From IMG/VR virus record IMGVR_UViG_3300031669_000004: 64,000 nucleotides of DNA; one strand, written 5' to 3'. Under the pieces are notes generated by a model, which did not search any database, had not been told where the DNA came from, and worked only from the letters and a program-made list of their open reading frames with translations. The position numbers and the translations under genes were made by a program. Origin of the DNA: an uncultured virus (IMG/VR IMGVR_UViG_3300031669_000004). Lineage: Duplodnaviria; Heunggongvirae; Uroviricota; Caudoviricetes. Positions 9,112 through 19,237 of the stretch are shown here, piece by piece. Every line of letters begins with the position of its first letter. Position 1 is the stretch's first letter.

Positions 9112-11412
9112 TTATTTAACTGGGCTGGTAATTCCGTTTATGCTATAGTATATTTCCTCACTATAATCAAGGAATTGACTTTCACCTATTTCAAATTTGC
9201 TTACATTAGTACCGCTTAGTTTTGGATCTTGGTATTTGACACCGGTGGCGGAATAGTTCTGCGGGATCATATCTATAAAAGATACGTTTGATCTTGTGGC
9301 GTAGTCGTCTTTGCTTTCTATAGGTCTCTTACATATGGTTAGTAAATCATCCTCGAAGGAATGTTCTGCTAAGTTTCCACTTGAAATAACTATCTGGCCG
9401 TTACCATCTATTTTAACCGAATTGGCTATACCAGTTTTGTAATCAAATAATGTCTCAGGTCTAACAGCTTTAACGCCTATGGTGGGGTTGTAAAAGTCAT
9501 TTGCGTATCCAAGCGCAGCACCGCTATCTGTATTAACCAGAGTAGGATTTGCAGCTAAACCTAGTTGTACCTCAAGGTACGGATTAATGAATGGCACGTA
9601 GTAATTGGCCAGCTCTGTATAAGTCATGGCTGCGGCAAAACTAACTTGTGTAGAAACCATATTAGCACTAATATTATGAGAGACAGCTACACACAGACCA
9701 TGAAAGCTTGGTAGGTTGGGGGAAGCCTCCATAACATCCATAGGATAACCTGGTATTATATACGGATTAAACAGGCAGTTAATATTCCCAGCCTTTGTAC
9801 TAGCGAATTTCTTCGTGTAGTAGTAATCCGCTGTAAGAAACAATATTCTCTGATGGGGTAGTATATTAGATTCTGGGTCCCAAGGATTCATCTCAGGATG
9901 TTTAGGGTATCGTACCTTCCATCCAGCTCTGAGAAGTTGTATAGCCTTACCTGCAGCACTATCTGGCGGAGGAACCTCTGCTGCGTTGTTCTCTGCAGTG
10001 TTATTTTTAAATGAAGTGAAGATACTAGATAACCAGTTAGGCATGGAAGTAGCTTCGTATTTTATACCTCTTCCCATCTCGTACCTACCTATAGCTCCGA
10101 ATGAAGGACCTGTTGTTCCAGCTAAAGTAGAATTACCATTAGTATTCTTCTCAGCTATAGCAGTTCTAATACTAGCTGGGGATCTGAAGTGGGTAGAAAA
10201 TGCACCTGCAACCCCACCGTCTTCGTCATTCAAAACGTCAAGTCTAGTAGGCATACTGGACTCGTCATAATTGACGCTTATAGAGGTGTACATACTTGGG
10301 AATAAAACGTTGCAATTTGGAGAGTAATAGAATGGCATACTAGGTTTTACTATAGTATCCACAGCGTATGTAACACCACTTATATTAGGGTCTTTCGGTA
10401 CCTCAGCAGGGCAAGCCAATGTGATAATATCATATTCCATGGTCTGGTAGAAGTTTTGGAATATGCTATAGATATTAGTTGTGTCATTAGAATTCTGCAT
10501 AAATGACCGCATGTTAGTAATAGCTAGGTTGGCCTGGACAGAGGATTTAAGAAATACTTGATACGCAGGGGGCACAAGTATTGTCTTATCATTATTTGGT
10601 CCACAGCCTGTCTGCTTATCATTGTTAACAGCTTTTTCTATCAGCATGTGTCCAGATAGTCTTCTGAAGAAATTTAAACCATCTTCAATCAAAGGTTTAT
10701 AGAATACTCTAAATCCACCTTGATACATCTTAAGGTATGGGTTAAACGAGGCTCTAGCTAATTGATTCCAGTAGTTTATAAATACGCCTGGCATACCTAT
10801 AAGTCTATTAGCAAAGGGGGCTAAGTAAGAAGGAAGTACATCTGTTCTACTAGTACTTCCTACTGCAGGGTCTGGTGAGGAATAAGTAGGTCCCAGAGGT
10901 GTAGCAGTTGAATAATCATTAAGTGGATTTATTGTAGTTCCACCGACCCCAACTTTAGTCCAGCCAGATAAGGCTTCCACTATAGCCGTAGTACTGTTAA
11001 GTAAATCCGCCATACCAGCGCTGGCAGTGGTTCCACCTAAGTCAGTACCGGCATCCCTGACCGCCCCAGCGTAGTCTACCAAGCATTCCGTTATTAGGTT
11101 ATATCTATGTATACAGGTGAAGTTAACACCCATAGATCCACTATTACCTTCCTTGGATTTGTTATAGGACGAGGCTACTATAACACCAGTGAATAGAACT
11201 TTATCTATATTAGTGTCACGTTCATTAAAGAATATATCTACCTTTGGCTGGTAAAATCGTGCGATGTCCATCAGTCCCACCTGAGGTGGTATGACTATGT
11301 TGGCTTGTGGGAGGCTACCCATTGACTGGGTTATGGTTATATTGATCCATGGCGTCTGGACGCCCTCTATATATAACTTGAATTCTTGGAATATTTGGTC
11401 ACTACTGGACAT
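9112..11412 (-). CDS. Baseplate hub-like protein
   Basis: Large; KLYIEGV N-terminus and FNPYIIPGYP...VSHNIS C-terminal segment fit hub proteins; downstream of tape measure. Confidence 0.55.
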   Translation of the reverse strand: MSSSDQIFQEFKLYIEGVQTPWINITITQSMGSLPQANIVIPPQVGLMDIARFYQPKVDIFFNERDTNIDKVLFTGVIVASSYNKSKEGNSGSMGVNFTCIHRYNLITECLVDYAGAVRDAGTDLGGTTASAGMADLLNSTTAIVEALSGWTKVGVGGTTINPLNDYSTATPLGPTYSSPDPAVGSTSRTDVLPSYLAPFANRLIGMPGVFINYWNQLARASFNPYLKMYQGGFRVFYKPLIEDGLNFFRRLSGHMLIEKAVNNDKQTGCGPNNDKTILVPPAYQVFLKSSVQANLAITNMRSFMQNSNDTTNIYSIFQNFYQTMEYDIITLACPAEVPKDPNISGVTYAVDTIVKPSMPFYYSPNCNVLFPSMYTSISVNYDESSMPTRLDVLNDEDGGVAGAFSTHFRSPASIRTAIAEKNTNGNSTLAGTTGPSFGAIGRYEMGRGIKYEATSMPNWLSSIFTSFKNNTAENNAAEVPPPDSAAGKAIQLLRAGWKVRYPKHPEMNPWDPESNILPHQRILFLTADYYYTKKFASTKAGNINCLFNPYIIPGYPMDVMEASPNLPSFHGLCVAVSHNISANMVSTQVSFAAAMTYTELANYYVPFINPYLEVQLGLAANPTLVNTDSGAALGYANDFYNPTIGVKAVRPETLFDYKTGIANSVKIDGNGQIVISSGNLAEHSFEDDLLTICKRPIESKDDYATRSNVSFIDMIPQNYSATGVKYQDPKLSGTNVSKFEIGESQFLDYSEEIYYSINGITSPVK

Positions 11413-12247
11413 TGGCGTATATGGCGTAAATATATAATATGTATAATACTTTTTCTAAAGTATCCGATATCTTATCACAATACTCAAGGTATAGGGGAGG
11501 TATATTTTTAGAATACAAATCAAGTTCATTTCTGAGTAACTGAATCTGGCTGTCAGAGAACATAGATAAATATAGGGAGGGTTTTAGCTGAAGCTGATAG
11601 GAAGGCAATGGAGATAACCCAAGTAAAGATCCAGAGTATGACTTAGCTATATATTCCAATAGAGGATCAGTGCTTACTTGGTAATATTCCAATGCGAAAG
11701 TTTGAGTAGGCTGCCTTACTGAGTTGAAGGTTATAGTAGTATCTGTAAGACTTAAAACTTCTGGATAATAGGCTCCCCCAGAAACGTTAGTTTTAGTATA
11801 CTGTGAGGAACTTTGTGTCACTGGGTAAGAGGCGTTAACTCCATCTCCTACTATTAAATCTGTTTGGTATACGAATTCACTGGTCAAGGTGACGAAGTTG
11901 CCAACTGGTGTGTTAGCTATGCCGGAAGTGGCTTGATAACATACACTACATAACCCTCCCTTAGATATACACGTAGTAGTATTCCTAACTCTTATAGTCG
12001 TTACACCTTGACTCAGCAATGTCGATATTCTACTTTCAGTTAATGGGGTAGAGTTGGCTAATTCCATTTTGCCTAAGGCTGCGTAAGTTAAAGGAATAAC
12101 GCTACCTAGGTATGTACCGCAGTCATTGGCTACAATACTGACTATTGGATTTACCAGAGTATTAGCTGCCTGTAGGATTATATCCGACCCAGCTGGAAGA
12201 TTAGTTAGAACATCTTCGAATAATAGAAAGTTAGAGTATGAACGCAT
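11402..12247 (-). CDS. Protein with an N-terminal RNAP beta'-like zinc-binding domain
   Basis: DCGT...RVRNTTTC...GLCSVCY aligns with DCGT...TARNPMTC...GLCQKCF of the beta' gene at 60015..61853. Confidence 0.7.
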   Translation of the reverse strand: MRSYSNFLLFEDVLTNLPAGSDIILQAANTLVNPIVSIVANDCGTYLGSVIPLTYAALGKMELANSTPLTESRISTLLSQGVTTIRVRNTTTCISKGGLCSVCYQATSGIANTPVGNFVTLTSEFVYQTDLIVGDGVNASYPVTQSSSQYTKTNVSGGAYYPEVLSLTDTTITFNSVRQPTQTFALEYYQVSTDPLLEYIAKSYSGSLLGLSPLPSYQLQLKPSLYLSMFSDSQIQLLRNELDLYSKNIPPLYLEYCDKISDTLEKVLYILYIYAIYANVQ

Positions 12248-12251
12248 TTAG

Positions 12252-13700
12252 TTATATACTGAAAGAGTTTTGTGGAGTGTAAGGAGCACCAGAATTGAGT
12301 ACTGCAGCCTTACTGTTGGTTCCTTGATTACCTGATGATAATATAGCAGCCCCGCCATTTATTCTACCGTAGTGTACGTTCCTCTTAAATACATCAGATA
12401 CACTCTCAGGTAGACGGCTTATCATACCCGCTGTGTTCTTCAGAGAGGACAGAGTATTTCTAAGATTTATACCTGGCATTGCCAGTATGTGTCCTATGTT
12501 AGCGGCACTATTATACACCATTTCAGCTATAGCAGTACCTTGTATTGCAACGCTCATAACATCGCTTAAGACGGCGTTAAGAGGGGCAGTGAAAGCTGAT
12601 ACTATAGCAGTAAGGTCTTGAGATACGCCCTGTATAATTTTAGCAATAGATGCTATTACTGATACAACTGGGGATGAAATATTATTTCTAAACCAAGTAT
12701 AACTTGTAGCTAAACCACCTAAAGAATTGCTCAATACACCTGGGTTACTTAACCAGGAAGGCTCTGAGAATCCTCCTGTATTAGTATACTTTTGTCCATT
12801 TACTGTAATGACGTTCGGGGTTGCTACATTAGCTAAACTACCACCTTGGCTAGACCTTCCAGAGCTGGCGAATATCCCAACACTAGAACTATTAACAGAA
12901 AGGTTAGTTGGACCATATGATAACTTAGGCTGAGGTAGCATCACTATCTCTTTAGCATAAAACTGCATGCTAAAAGGTATGTCGGTGTCCCTAGCGGAGT
13001 TCTGTTGATGATTCAAACTAAGTATGCTTCCCACTACTTTCATATTGGGCAACACTAGTTCTAACATCTCAAAGTTCTTAGCTAACTGGGTGCCACGCAT
13101 GAAAGTTTGATATAGTTGGATAAAATCGGTTAACCAATTATTTTCCAACGAGTCTACAAGTAGACCTGACAGATTCATCACTACTGGATTCTTACCAAAG
13201 TAGTAAACTACCTCATTATCTCCGAAGGTGGTCATGATTTGTACCTTCTCGGAATATGCCACTTGCACATCAGTCAGCAGAAATCTATCATACCCAGTAC
13301 CACCATGAGCACCTACTAATTGTTCATACGCCCCATCTGCTGGATTAATATCGCTAGCCATGTAACGATTATAAGTATTGTTGGTACCCTCAAGAGCATT
13401 ATTAGTGTTCAGTAATTTTATAGAGGCTATTTGACCTCTATCGTAGTAACCAGCATTATTATACAGCCCAGCTGCAGATCTCGGTTGTACAGAGTACAAA
13501 CGTTCTGAGGTTTGATTATTAGAATCCTTTACAGCTGAGTCTATAGCCTGCTGTGTTATGGTATTAGCCACAGCCACAGCCTGAGTAGCAGAGGTAGTTC
13601 CTAATGCACTGGATACCAAGGGAACATATCCCTGTTTAACCTGAGAAACCGAATTACTGAGATTTACTTGACTAGTGGCTTGAGAGAGATAGTTTGCCAT
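12252..13700 (-). CDS. Tail / baseplate structural protein (tube-initiator-like)
   Basis: EKVQIMTTFGDNEVVYYFGKNP..LSGLLVD tube-like segment; directly after tape measure. Confidence 0.5.
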   Translation of the reverse strand: MANYLSQATSQVNLSNSVSQVKQGYVPLVSSALGTTSATQAVAVANTITQQAIDSAVKDSNNQTSERLYSVQPRSAAGLYNNAGYYDRGQIASIKLLNTNNALEGTNNTYNRYMASDINPADGAYEQLVGAHGGTGYDRFLLTDVQVAYSEKVQIMTTFGDNEVVYYFGKNPVVMNLSGLLVDSLENNWLTDFIQLYQTFMRGTQLAKNFEMLELVLPNMKVVGSILSLNHQQNSARDTDIPFSMQFYAKEIVMLPQPKLSYGPTNLSVNSSSVGIFASSGRSSQGGSLANVATPNVITVNGQKYTNTGGFSEPSWLSNPGVLSNSLGGLATSYTWFRNNISSPVVSVIASIAKIIQGVSQDLTAIVSAFTAPLNAVLSDVMSVAIQGTAIAEMVYNSAANIGHILAMPGINLRNTLSSLKNTAGMISRLPESVSDVFKRNVHYGRINGGAAILSSGNQGTNSKAAVLNSGAPYTPQNSFSI

Positions 13701-13702
13701 AA

Positions 13703-13906
13703 TTATTGTACCTGGAAGCCAGTCAGTTCCATGACCAGGGATTGTTGCTGTATATATATTTGACCAAATATCCCACCGAACTGAGCAGGGATATATGAGT
13801 ATCCTAACGCTACTTGACGTACTCCGTCATAGGTACTGTTGACCATTTGCTGGTACATTTCCTTTGGGGTTAGCGGGACATATTTTGGTAAGATTATGTT
13901 TGACAT
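13703..13906 (-). CDS. Hypothetical protein
   Basis: 67-aa ORF between tape measure and the next tail gene. Confidence 0.55.
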   Translation of the reverse strand: MSNIILPKYVPLTPKEMYQQMVNSTYDGVRQVALGYSYIPAQFGGIFGQIYIQQQSLVMELTGFQVQ

Positions 13907-13921
13907 GGTTAATTGTTATGT

Positions 13922-16654
13922 TTATTTATTATGGATGTCGTTCATGAGCCTAGAAAATCCCTTAGAACTAAATACGCTCTCTACAGGTGTACCATCATTG
14001 GCTATCTCGGTAGCACTGCCCTTTACATTTACGACTCTTAAAGCTTTCTGGTGAGGATCAACTGCCTGGCCTAATAATCCCATAGCTACGTTAATTCCAC
14101 TAAAGTCCATTTGTGGGCCTTTTCCACTAGCTGCTTTTGCTAAGGCATCAGCTTGTCTAGCATAGGTGTCTTTAGAGGTTAGAAGTGAGGCTGATTGAGA
14201 AAAGTTGCTTGCACTTCCCGTCTCATCCCCCCCCAATATTTTCCAGTGCTTAGTGGAGTCCTCACCGTAAGTTTCCTGTAAGTTCATTAGATCTAGTCGT
14301 TGAAGTATTTCGTTCCTACTAGTTACCCTGGTGGCAGGGGTAGCATGTATTAAGGTATTAAACTCGTTTATATCATCCTTGGTTACATCACCGCCGGCTT
14401 TAGCTATTTTTTCTACCAATAGATTCATCTTGGCAGCATCTGCCCTAGACTTAGTATGGGTAACCCTAAGTAGCGATGCCAGTTTAGCCGCAGCACTTCC
14501 TTTACCAGTCGTTACCCTACCATTTTTTAATAATAACTTAGCCAAAGAATTTAGTCTTGCCGGATCATTAAAGCTATCGCCAAGAGTACCATTAGCTACG
14601 GCCGCCGATAGTTGTTCTTTAATCCCAGCCAGATCCTGCTTATACACAGCCTCAGTTAATTTAGCGTTACCTTTTAAAGCTTTAGCAGCCCTATTATAAT
14701 CAGAAGAACCAAATCCAAAAGTTATCATACCGTTGCCCGGCAACCTTCTACCGTTAATAGCAAGTACTTGATCATCCGTGTAATTAGTATTTAATTGCTC
14801 ATCACCTGACACACTACCAAAGGGATTAGCTATTTGGGCCCCTGATCCTGCCCCCCACACATCCAATGTGTCTATGGCGCTATCTATCGGTTCCATAAAA
14901 TTTGAAACGGCCCTAGATCCTCCCGCCTGTACTCGTTGGGCCAATAAGTGTATTGGTCTAGTTATTCCCGTAGCTATACCATATCTGCCTTCTTGCTGCA
15001 TACTTTTTAATCTAGTTTCCTTCCAAGCATTGCCTATAGCACTTATAGATTGTCTTGCAACGGTAGGATCCTGAGCTGCTCTTTGTCTTTCTACAAAGGC
15101 TCTGGCCTGCTGAGGGGTTAATCCCATAACCTGTTGCAACATCATGTACGCAGCACCGGCATCAATTCTACCACCTTTCATTGCACCTGGAGTGATCTGG
15201 GCAATGCTCATTAGTTGCCCCATCTCTCTAGACATACCGCCATTCTCTAGATCCATAGAAGACATCAACGGGCGTTCGTACTCAAATGTTCCTAGAGCCG
15301 ATAATCCACCACGGGCCATGGCACCACCAAATCTAGATATATTCCCTACAGCGCCCCCGCCTGCGCCACCATTCAAATATCTGTTGTACTGCATCATACC
15401 TGCCAATGGAGTTTGAGACATGCCTAGTAATGCACCTGTAGCGGATTGTGTAGCGCCCTCGACTCCTCCCATTCTAGCCAGAAGAGCAGGGGACATTAAC
15501 CCTGTACGTTGAGCCATAGCAAAAGCACCATAAGAATTAGCCGCTGTTAGCTGACCAGCATATGGATTTAGTCCATTAGCCCCAAATAGGTATTCTCCTT
15601 GTGCACCTACTGTCGACATCATTTTTTGTAAAGAAACGCCGGCCACTGAAGCCATGCCACCTAACTTGGTTAGTACGGAGGTTACGTCCTTACTACCAAC
15701 CCCGGACATTTGCAACTTAGATAGTATTTCTATGGTATCTTTAAAGTCAGAGGTATTTCCAATTTGCATAACTAGTTTAACTTGCTTAGTTATATCCTTC
15801 ATTCTTTGGGCTATTTGGCTACCTTGTGTAGTATCCAGTAAACCAGATCTGGCGGATAGGTCAGTTAATTTGGAAACCTCCGACTGACTGAATGTATAAT
15901 CTGATGCGCCTATTTGATTTATTTGGCTTGCAAGTTCACCGGCAGAACTACGGGAAAATCCCTTACCGGTTAGCGCATTCCCCATACCGCTTCCGAAACT
16001 AACCCCAGCAAAGTCACGACGTAGATTATTAGTAGTTTGTCTCTGGGCTATGTAAGGATCAAAGAATGCTCGGTCAGCTGCTGATATACCTGCTTGAGCA
16101 AATATCATGGGGCCACCAATACTACCAGCAAATCTACCTAGACCAGCAGCCATAGATCCTAGAGTAGCAGTTGTACCGGCAGAGAAAGCGTCCCCCATTA
16201 TGCCTGTAGCCATACCACCGGCCATGCGAGAACCCATCTCACCCAAAGGCTTAGCCATGTACTTATAAGATAGCCAAGATGCAAATCCAGGAACAGCCCA
16301 CTTCTGGGCTATATTCATTCCATGATCTAATGGGTTATAACCAAGAGCATCTGCGAATGGACTTTGTTGTTGATAAGTATTACCACCATAATTAGACCCG
16401 TATCTTGCGAATGGATTAATAATCTGATTAGCTGATTGCATCCATGTTGGTTGTGGACCGCCATAGGGATTACCTTGATTACCATTGTATTGAGGACGAT
16501 ACGCTGCCGTATAAGCAGGCGTCATCATGTTCGGATCCACTTGCCACTGGCCGTTACCTTGTGTATACGCCATAGCACTAGGAGCAGTAAACGAGTTGAA
16601 TCTCGAATCCGCACTGGTCATGAATGGGCTTTGTCCTGGTCTAAATGGGTTCAT
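13922..16654 (-). CDS. Tape measure protein
   Basis: 910 aa, A/G/M/Q-rich and helical; directly after a frameshifted chaperone pair. Confidence 0.75.
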   Translation of the reverse strand: MNPFRPGQSPFMTSADSRFNSFTAPSAMAYTQGNGQWQVDPNMMTPAYTAAYRPQYNGNQGNPYGGPQPTWMQSANQIINPFARYGSNYGGNTYQQQSPFADALGYNPLDHGMNIAQKWAVPGFASWLSYKYMAKPLGEMGSRMAGGMATGIMGDAFSAGTTATLGSMAAGLGRFAGSIGGPMIFAQAGISAADRAFFDPYIAQRQTTNNLRRDFAGVSFGSGMGNALTGKGFSRSSAGELASQINQIGASDYTFSQSEVSKLTDLSARSGLLDTTQGSQIAQRMKDITKQVKLVMQIGNTSDFKDTIEILSKLQMSGVGSKDVTSVLTKLGGMASVAGVSLQKMMSTVGAQGEYLFGANGLNPYAGQLTAANSYGAFAMAQRTGLMSPALLARMGGVEGATQSATGALLGMSQTPLAGMMQYNRYLNGGAGGGAVGNISRFGGAMARGGLSALGTFEYERPLMSSMDLENGGMSREMGQLMSIAQITPGAMKGGRIDAGAAYMMLQQVMGLTPQQARAFVERQRAAQDPTVARQSISAIGNAWKETRLKSMQQEGRYGIATGITRPIHLLAQRVQAGGSRAVSNFMEPIDSAIDTLDVWGAGSGAQIANPFGSVSGDEQLNTNYTDDQVLAINGRRLPGNGMITFGFGSSDYNRAAKALKGNAKLTEAVYKQDLAGIKEQLSAAVANGTLGDSFNDPARLNSLAKLLLKNGRVTTGKGSAAAKLASLLRVTHTKSRADAAKMNLLVEKIAKAGGDVTKDDINEFNTLIHATPATRVTSRNEILQRLDLMNLQETYGEDSTKHWKILGGDETGSASNFSQSASLLTSKDTYARQADALAKAASGKGPQMDFSGINVAMGLLGQAVDPHQKALRVVNVKGSATEIANDGTPVESVFSSKGFSRLMNDIHNK

Positions 16655-17022
16655 AATACTGAGGTAGGTAATCCTGTAACTTTAATAGAGCCATCCTTTT
16701 GAATACTCATAGTAGGACGCAAGTTCTTGAACTTGTTGTACTCTTGCTGCATATTCTTCTCTAAATCCTCGTGTTCGGAATCCAGATAATACATAGCTCT
16801 TAAATACTCTTTCCAGATTGTAGAGACATTTCTTTCAGACGTCTTATCCCCACCACTATTAGTCATAGCCATCTGAGCTAATAGCTTAGCTTTGGAAACT
16901 TCTTTATTAACCTGTTTCTGCATAAAGGCCCTCAAAGTCGTATCCTGTATTGAGCCTAATTTCGGAACTTTAACTCCGGCTAGATATAACTCTAGCCTTT
17001 TGTTAGCCCAGGGCAGACTTAA
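16651..17022 (-). CDS. Tail assembly chaperone extension (lambda gpGT-like), reached by -1 frameshift
   Basis: The -1 frame from GTT TTT TAA reads LSLPWANKRLELYLAG...TLRAFMQKQ with no stop into ORF 16651..16935. Confidence 0.8.
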   Translation of the reverse strand, partial: LSLPWANKRLELYLAGVKVPKLGSIQDTTLRAFMQKQVNKEVSKAKLLAQMAMTNSGGDKTSERNVSTIWKEYLRAMYYLDSEHEDLEKNMQQEYNKFKNLRPTMSIQKDGSIKVTGLPTSVL

Positions 17023-17471
17023 AAAACATCTTGTTCTTGAAGGGCGGCTTCAGTCTTAATATCGAATTCTATAAGAGCGTTAGAGACTGCTGCTACAACA
17101 ACCGTAGGTAGCTTCTCAATAAACTCTAGCCTTTTCTCCAACGACATACCGGACAGGTCTTTATCGCTGTATCTTGTTAAGGAGTAGGCAATGCTTAATA
17201 GAGCTCTATACTGCTCCATAGAAGACATTAGGTTAAATTGTTTGCCATCCAGCTCTCTTGTAATGGCAGAGGAATCTGCACCACTCTTTGTCTTGAAGGT
17301 AACTTTGAGTTTACCTTTAATGGTAACATCCTCACGATACTCGCCTTCAAACATAATAGAGTCAAAGATAACCATTAGTTGATCTTTGGTATATTTAGGT
17401 TTTGTAGTATTTGATTCTTCTTTCTGTACTTCGTCTTGCGCTGTTTTTGTAGCTGCTTCTGTCTTAGCCAT
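17019..17471 (-). CDS. Tail assembly chaperone (lambda gpG-like)
   Basis: 150-aa ORF with GGAG RBS upstream of tape measure; ends in slippery GTTTTTTAA. Confidence 0.8.
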   Translation of the reverse strand: MAKTEAATKTAQDEVQKEESNTTKPKYTKDQLMVIFDSIMFEGEYREDVTIKGKLKVTFKTKSGADSSAITRELDGKQFNLMSSMEQYRALLSIAYSLTRYSDKDLSGMSLEKRLEFIEKLPTVVVAAVSNALIEFDIKTEAALQEQDVF

Positions 17472-17644
17472 TTTATCTCCGGATATAGGTATTTTAATGT
17501 TTCCTTAATAGGAATATGGGTATCCTAACATACTCGTAATGAATAGTCAAAATAGTGAATTGAGGGGTTTTACGGGGCTATGAAGCCTTGGTGAGGTAAG
17601 GAGTAGGTAAATCTATTTTAATCGATCCTAGACCCCTTAGAAGA

Positions 17645-19237
17645 TCAACCAGTGGTTTCTACGTAGACATACTGTCCTACCAAGACCATCCATGCTGTAT
17701 GCGCAAACACAACCGAGTGAGCCCAGTCATCGCAGGCAGTTTCATCCTTCCGGTATACGCGTCTCCCAGCCAAGGTTTCTTCTTCGTAAAGGGCTAAGGC
17801 ATCCTTCCAAAAATCTGATGTGAGATTCCAGCAGGGTGTCACAAACTTAGTTGGACCTAGTTTCATTCTCAGTATTGAGGTATCCATTATCATTGTTCTA
17901 TCGGCGCTTAGATACTTCCCACCAGTATCGTATCTCAAAGGTATTTTGGCCGCAGTATACTGCACCATACAAACCCTATCAAGTCCAAGAGATTGTTCTA
18001 GTAATTGTCCTTGAAGAACACCAACACCTCTATCAGAGTGAAGACGTTGACAACCAAATTGCATGAATAGATTTTCGACCCTTTTAACTTGGTCTAGTAT
18101 ATCCACTCCATTTAATCTCTCAGTGTACATTAGGTAACACTTACCACTATAATCATAGCCTAGTATAGAAATTACCGTATACGACTTAGTTGAAGATGTG
18201 GTACTCCAATCCACACCCATAACTACAGAAACAATATTCCTGGAATCTCTAGCCCAACCTAAGTCAAAGGAAGTCTTAGATGGATCGCAGCAAGCCATGG
18301 CTTCCATCTCAGATAGTATTCTGCCACCAACACCGGCCGCAAGACCAAAGACCTCGTTAGCCACTTTTGCTGGGGCGTAGTTCTGAATAGCTAATTGTAA
18401 GTCTTTCCATTTCTTTGGATCTATACGAGCTTCTAGAACATGTCTAGGTATATGGAAGGACAGATGGTCTTTTTCAAGGGGGCGTGCCATAGCCCACTGG
18501 CCGTTCTCTACACTGATAGGTTTGCCACAATGATAACAAATAGGTCCTGTAGGGGAATCACACATGGCCAAGCAGTTTTCGATAGTATTAGGTATATTCC
18601 ACTTACTACAGTGGCCGCACTTCATAACCCATTCACCACCAGAGCCACGATTAAATAGTATCTCTAAAGCATTATTTATATTCTTAGCTGTACCGTAGTG
18701 GCGCTTGAACGCATAGTCAGATGCTGAGAGAGTTTCATACAGAACTGGTAGTGCTTCTATGGCTACGTCTTGAACCTCGTCGTATGCTACCATATCACAA
18801 GAGGCTCCTCTTATTCTATTCATATCGTCTTCGGTTTGAGCATACGACAGGAATATTATAGATCCATTTGAAAACTCTTTCATAAAGATATTGGCGGCAT
18901 CTCCATGTTTTTTAAAGTATTTCTTTACAAGGGGAGACTCCGTGAACGGCCCAAGATAAAGTTTACTAAATCTACTAGTTTGAATAGCCAATGGTGATAC
19001 GAATATAGAGTTAAAGAAAGGTCTGGCCACCCCTTTAGAAACTAAGATAGCTCCAATAGATACCGATTTTCCTATCTGTCTGCAACACTTAACAGACATC
19101 ATAGGTGGGTCGGCATCGTAAATTGCCTCCAGGGGTTTGTAGCCTTTGAGGGAGAAATTCTTCCCCTTGAAATTTAATATTGAACGGGCGACCTCTGAGG
19201 TGGTTAGGGATACTATGCTAGGTGTAGGATCGGTCAT
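17645..19237 (-). CDS. terL: Terminase large subunit
   Basis: Walker A CRQIGKS, Walker B VAYDEVQD, Cys-rich insert, RNase H-like MGVDW and DDWAHS. Confidence 0.9.
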   Translation of the reverse strand: MTDPTPSIVSLTTSEVARSILNFKGKNFSLKGYKPLEAIYDADPPMMSVKCCRQIGKSVSIGAILVSKGVARPFFNSIFVSPLAIQTSRFSKLYLGPFTESPLVKKYFKKHGDAANIFMKEFSNGSIIFLSYAQTEDDMNRIRGASCDMVAYDEVQDVAIEALPVLYETLSASDYAFKRHYGTAKNINNALEILFNRGSGGEWVMKCGHCSKWNIPNTIENCLAMCDSPTGPICYHCGKPISVENGQWAMARPLEKDHLSFHIPRHVLEARIDPKKWKDLQLAIQNYAPAKVANEVFGLAAGVGGRILSEMEAMACCDPSKTSFDLGWARDSRNIVSVVMGVDWSTTSSTKSYTVISILGYDYSGKCYLMYTERLNGVDILDQVKRVENLFMQFGCQRLHSDRGVGVLQGQLLEQSLGLDRVCMVQYTAAKIPLRYDTGGKYLSADRTMIMDTSILRMKLGPTKFVTPCWNLTSDFWKDALALYEEETLAGRRVYRKDETACDDWAHSVVFAHTAWMVLVGQYVYVETTG

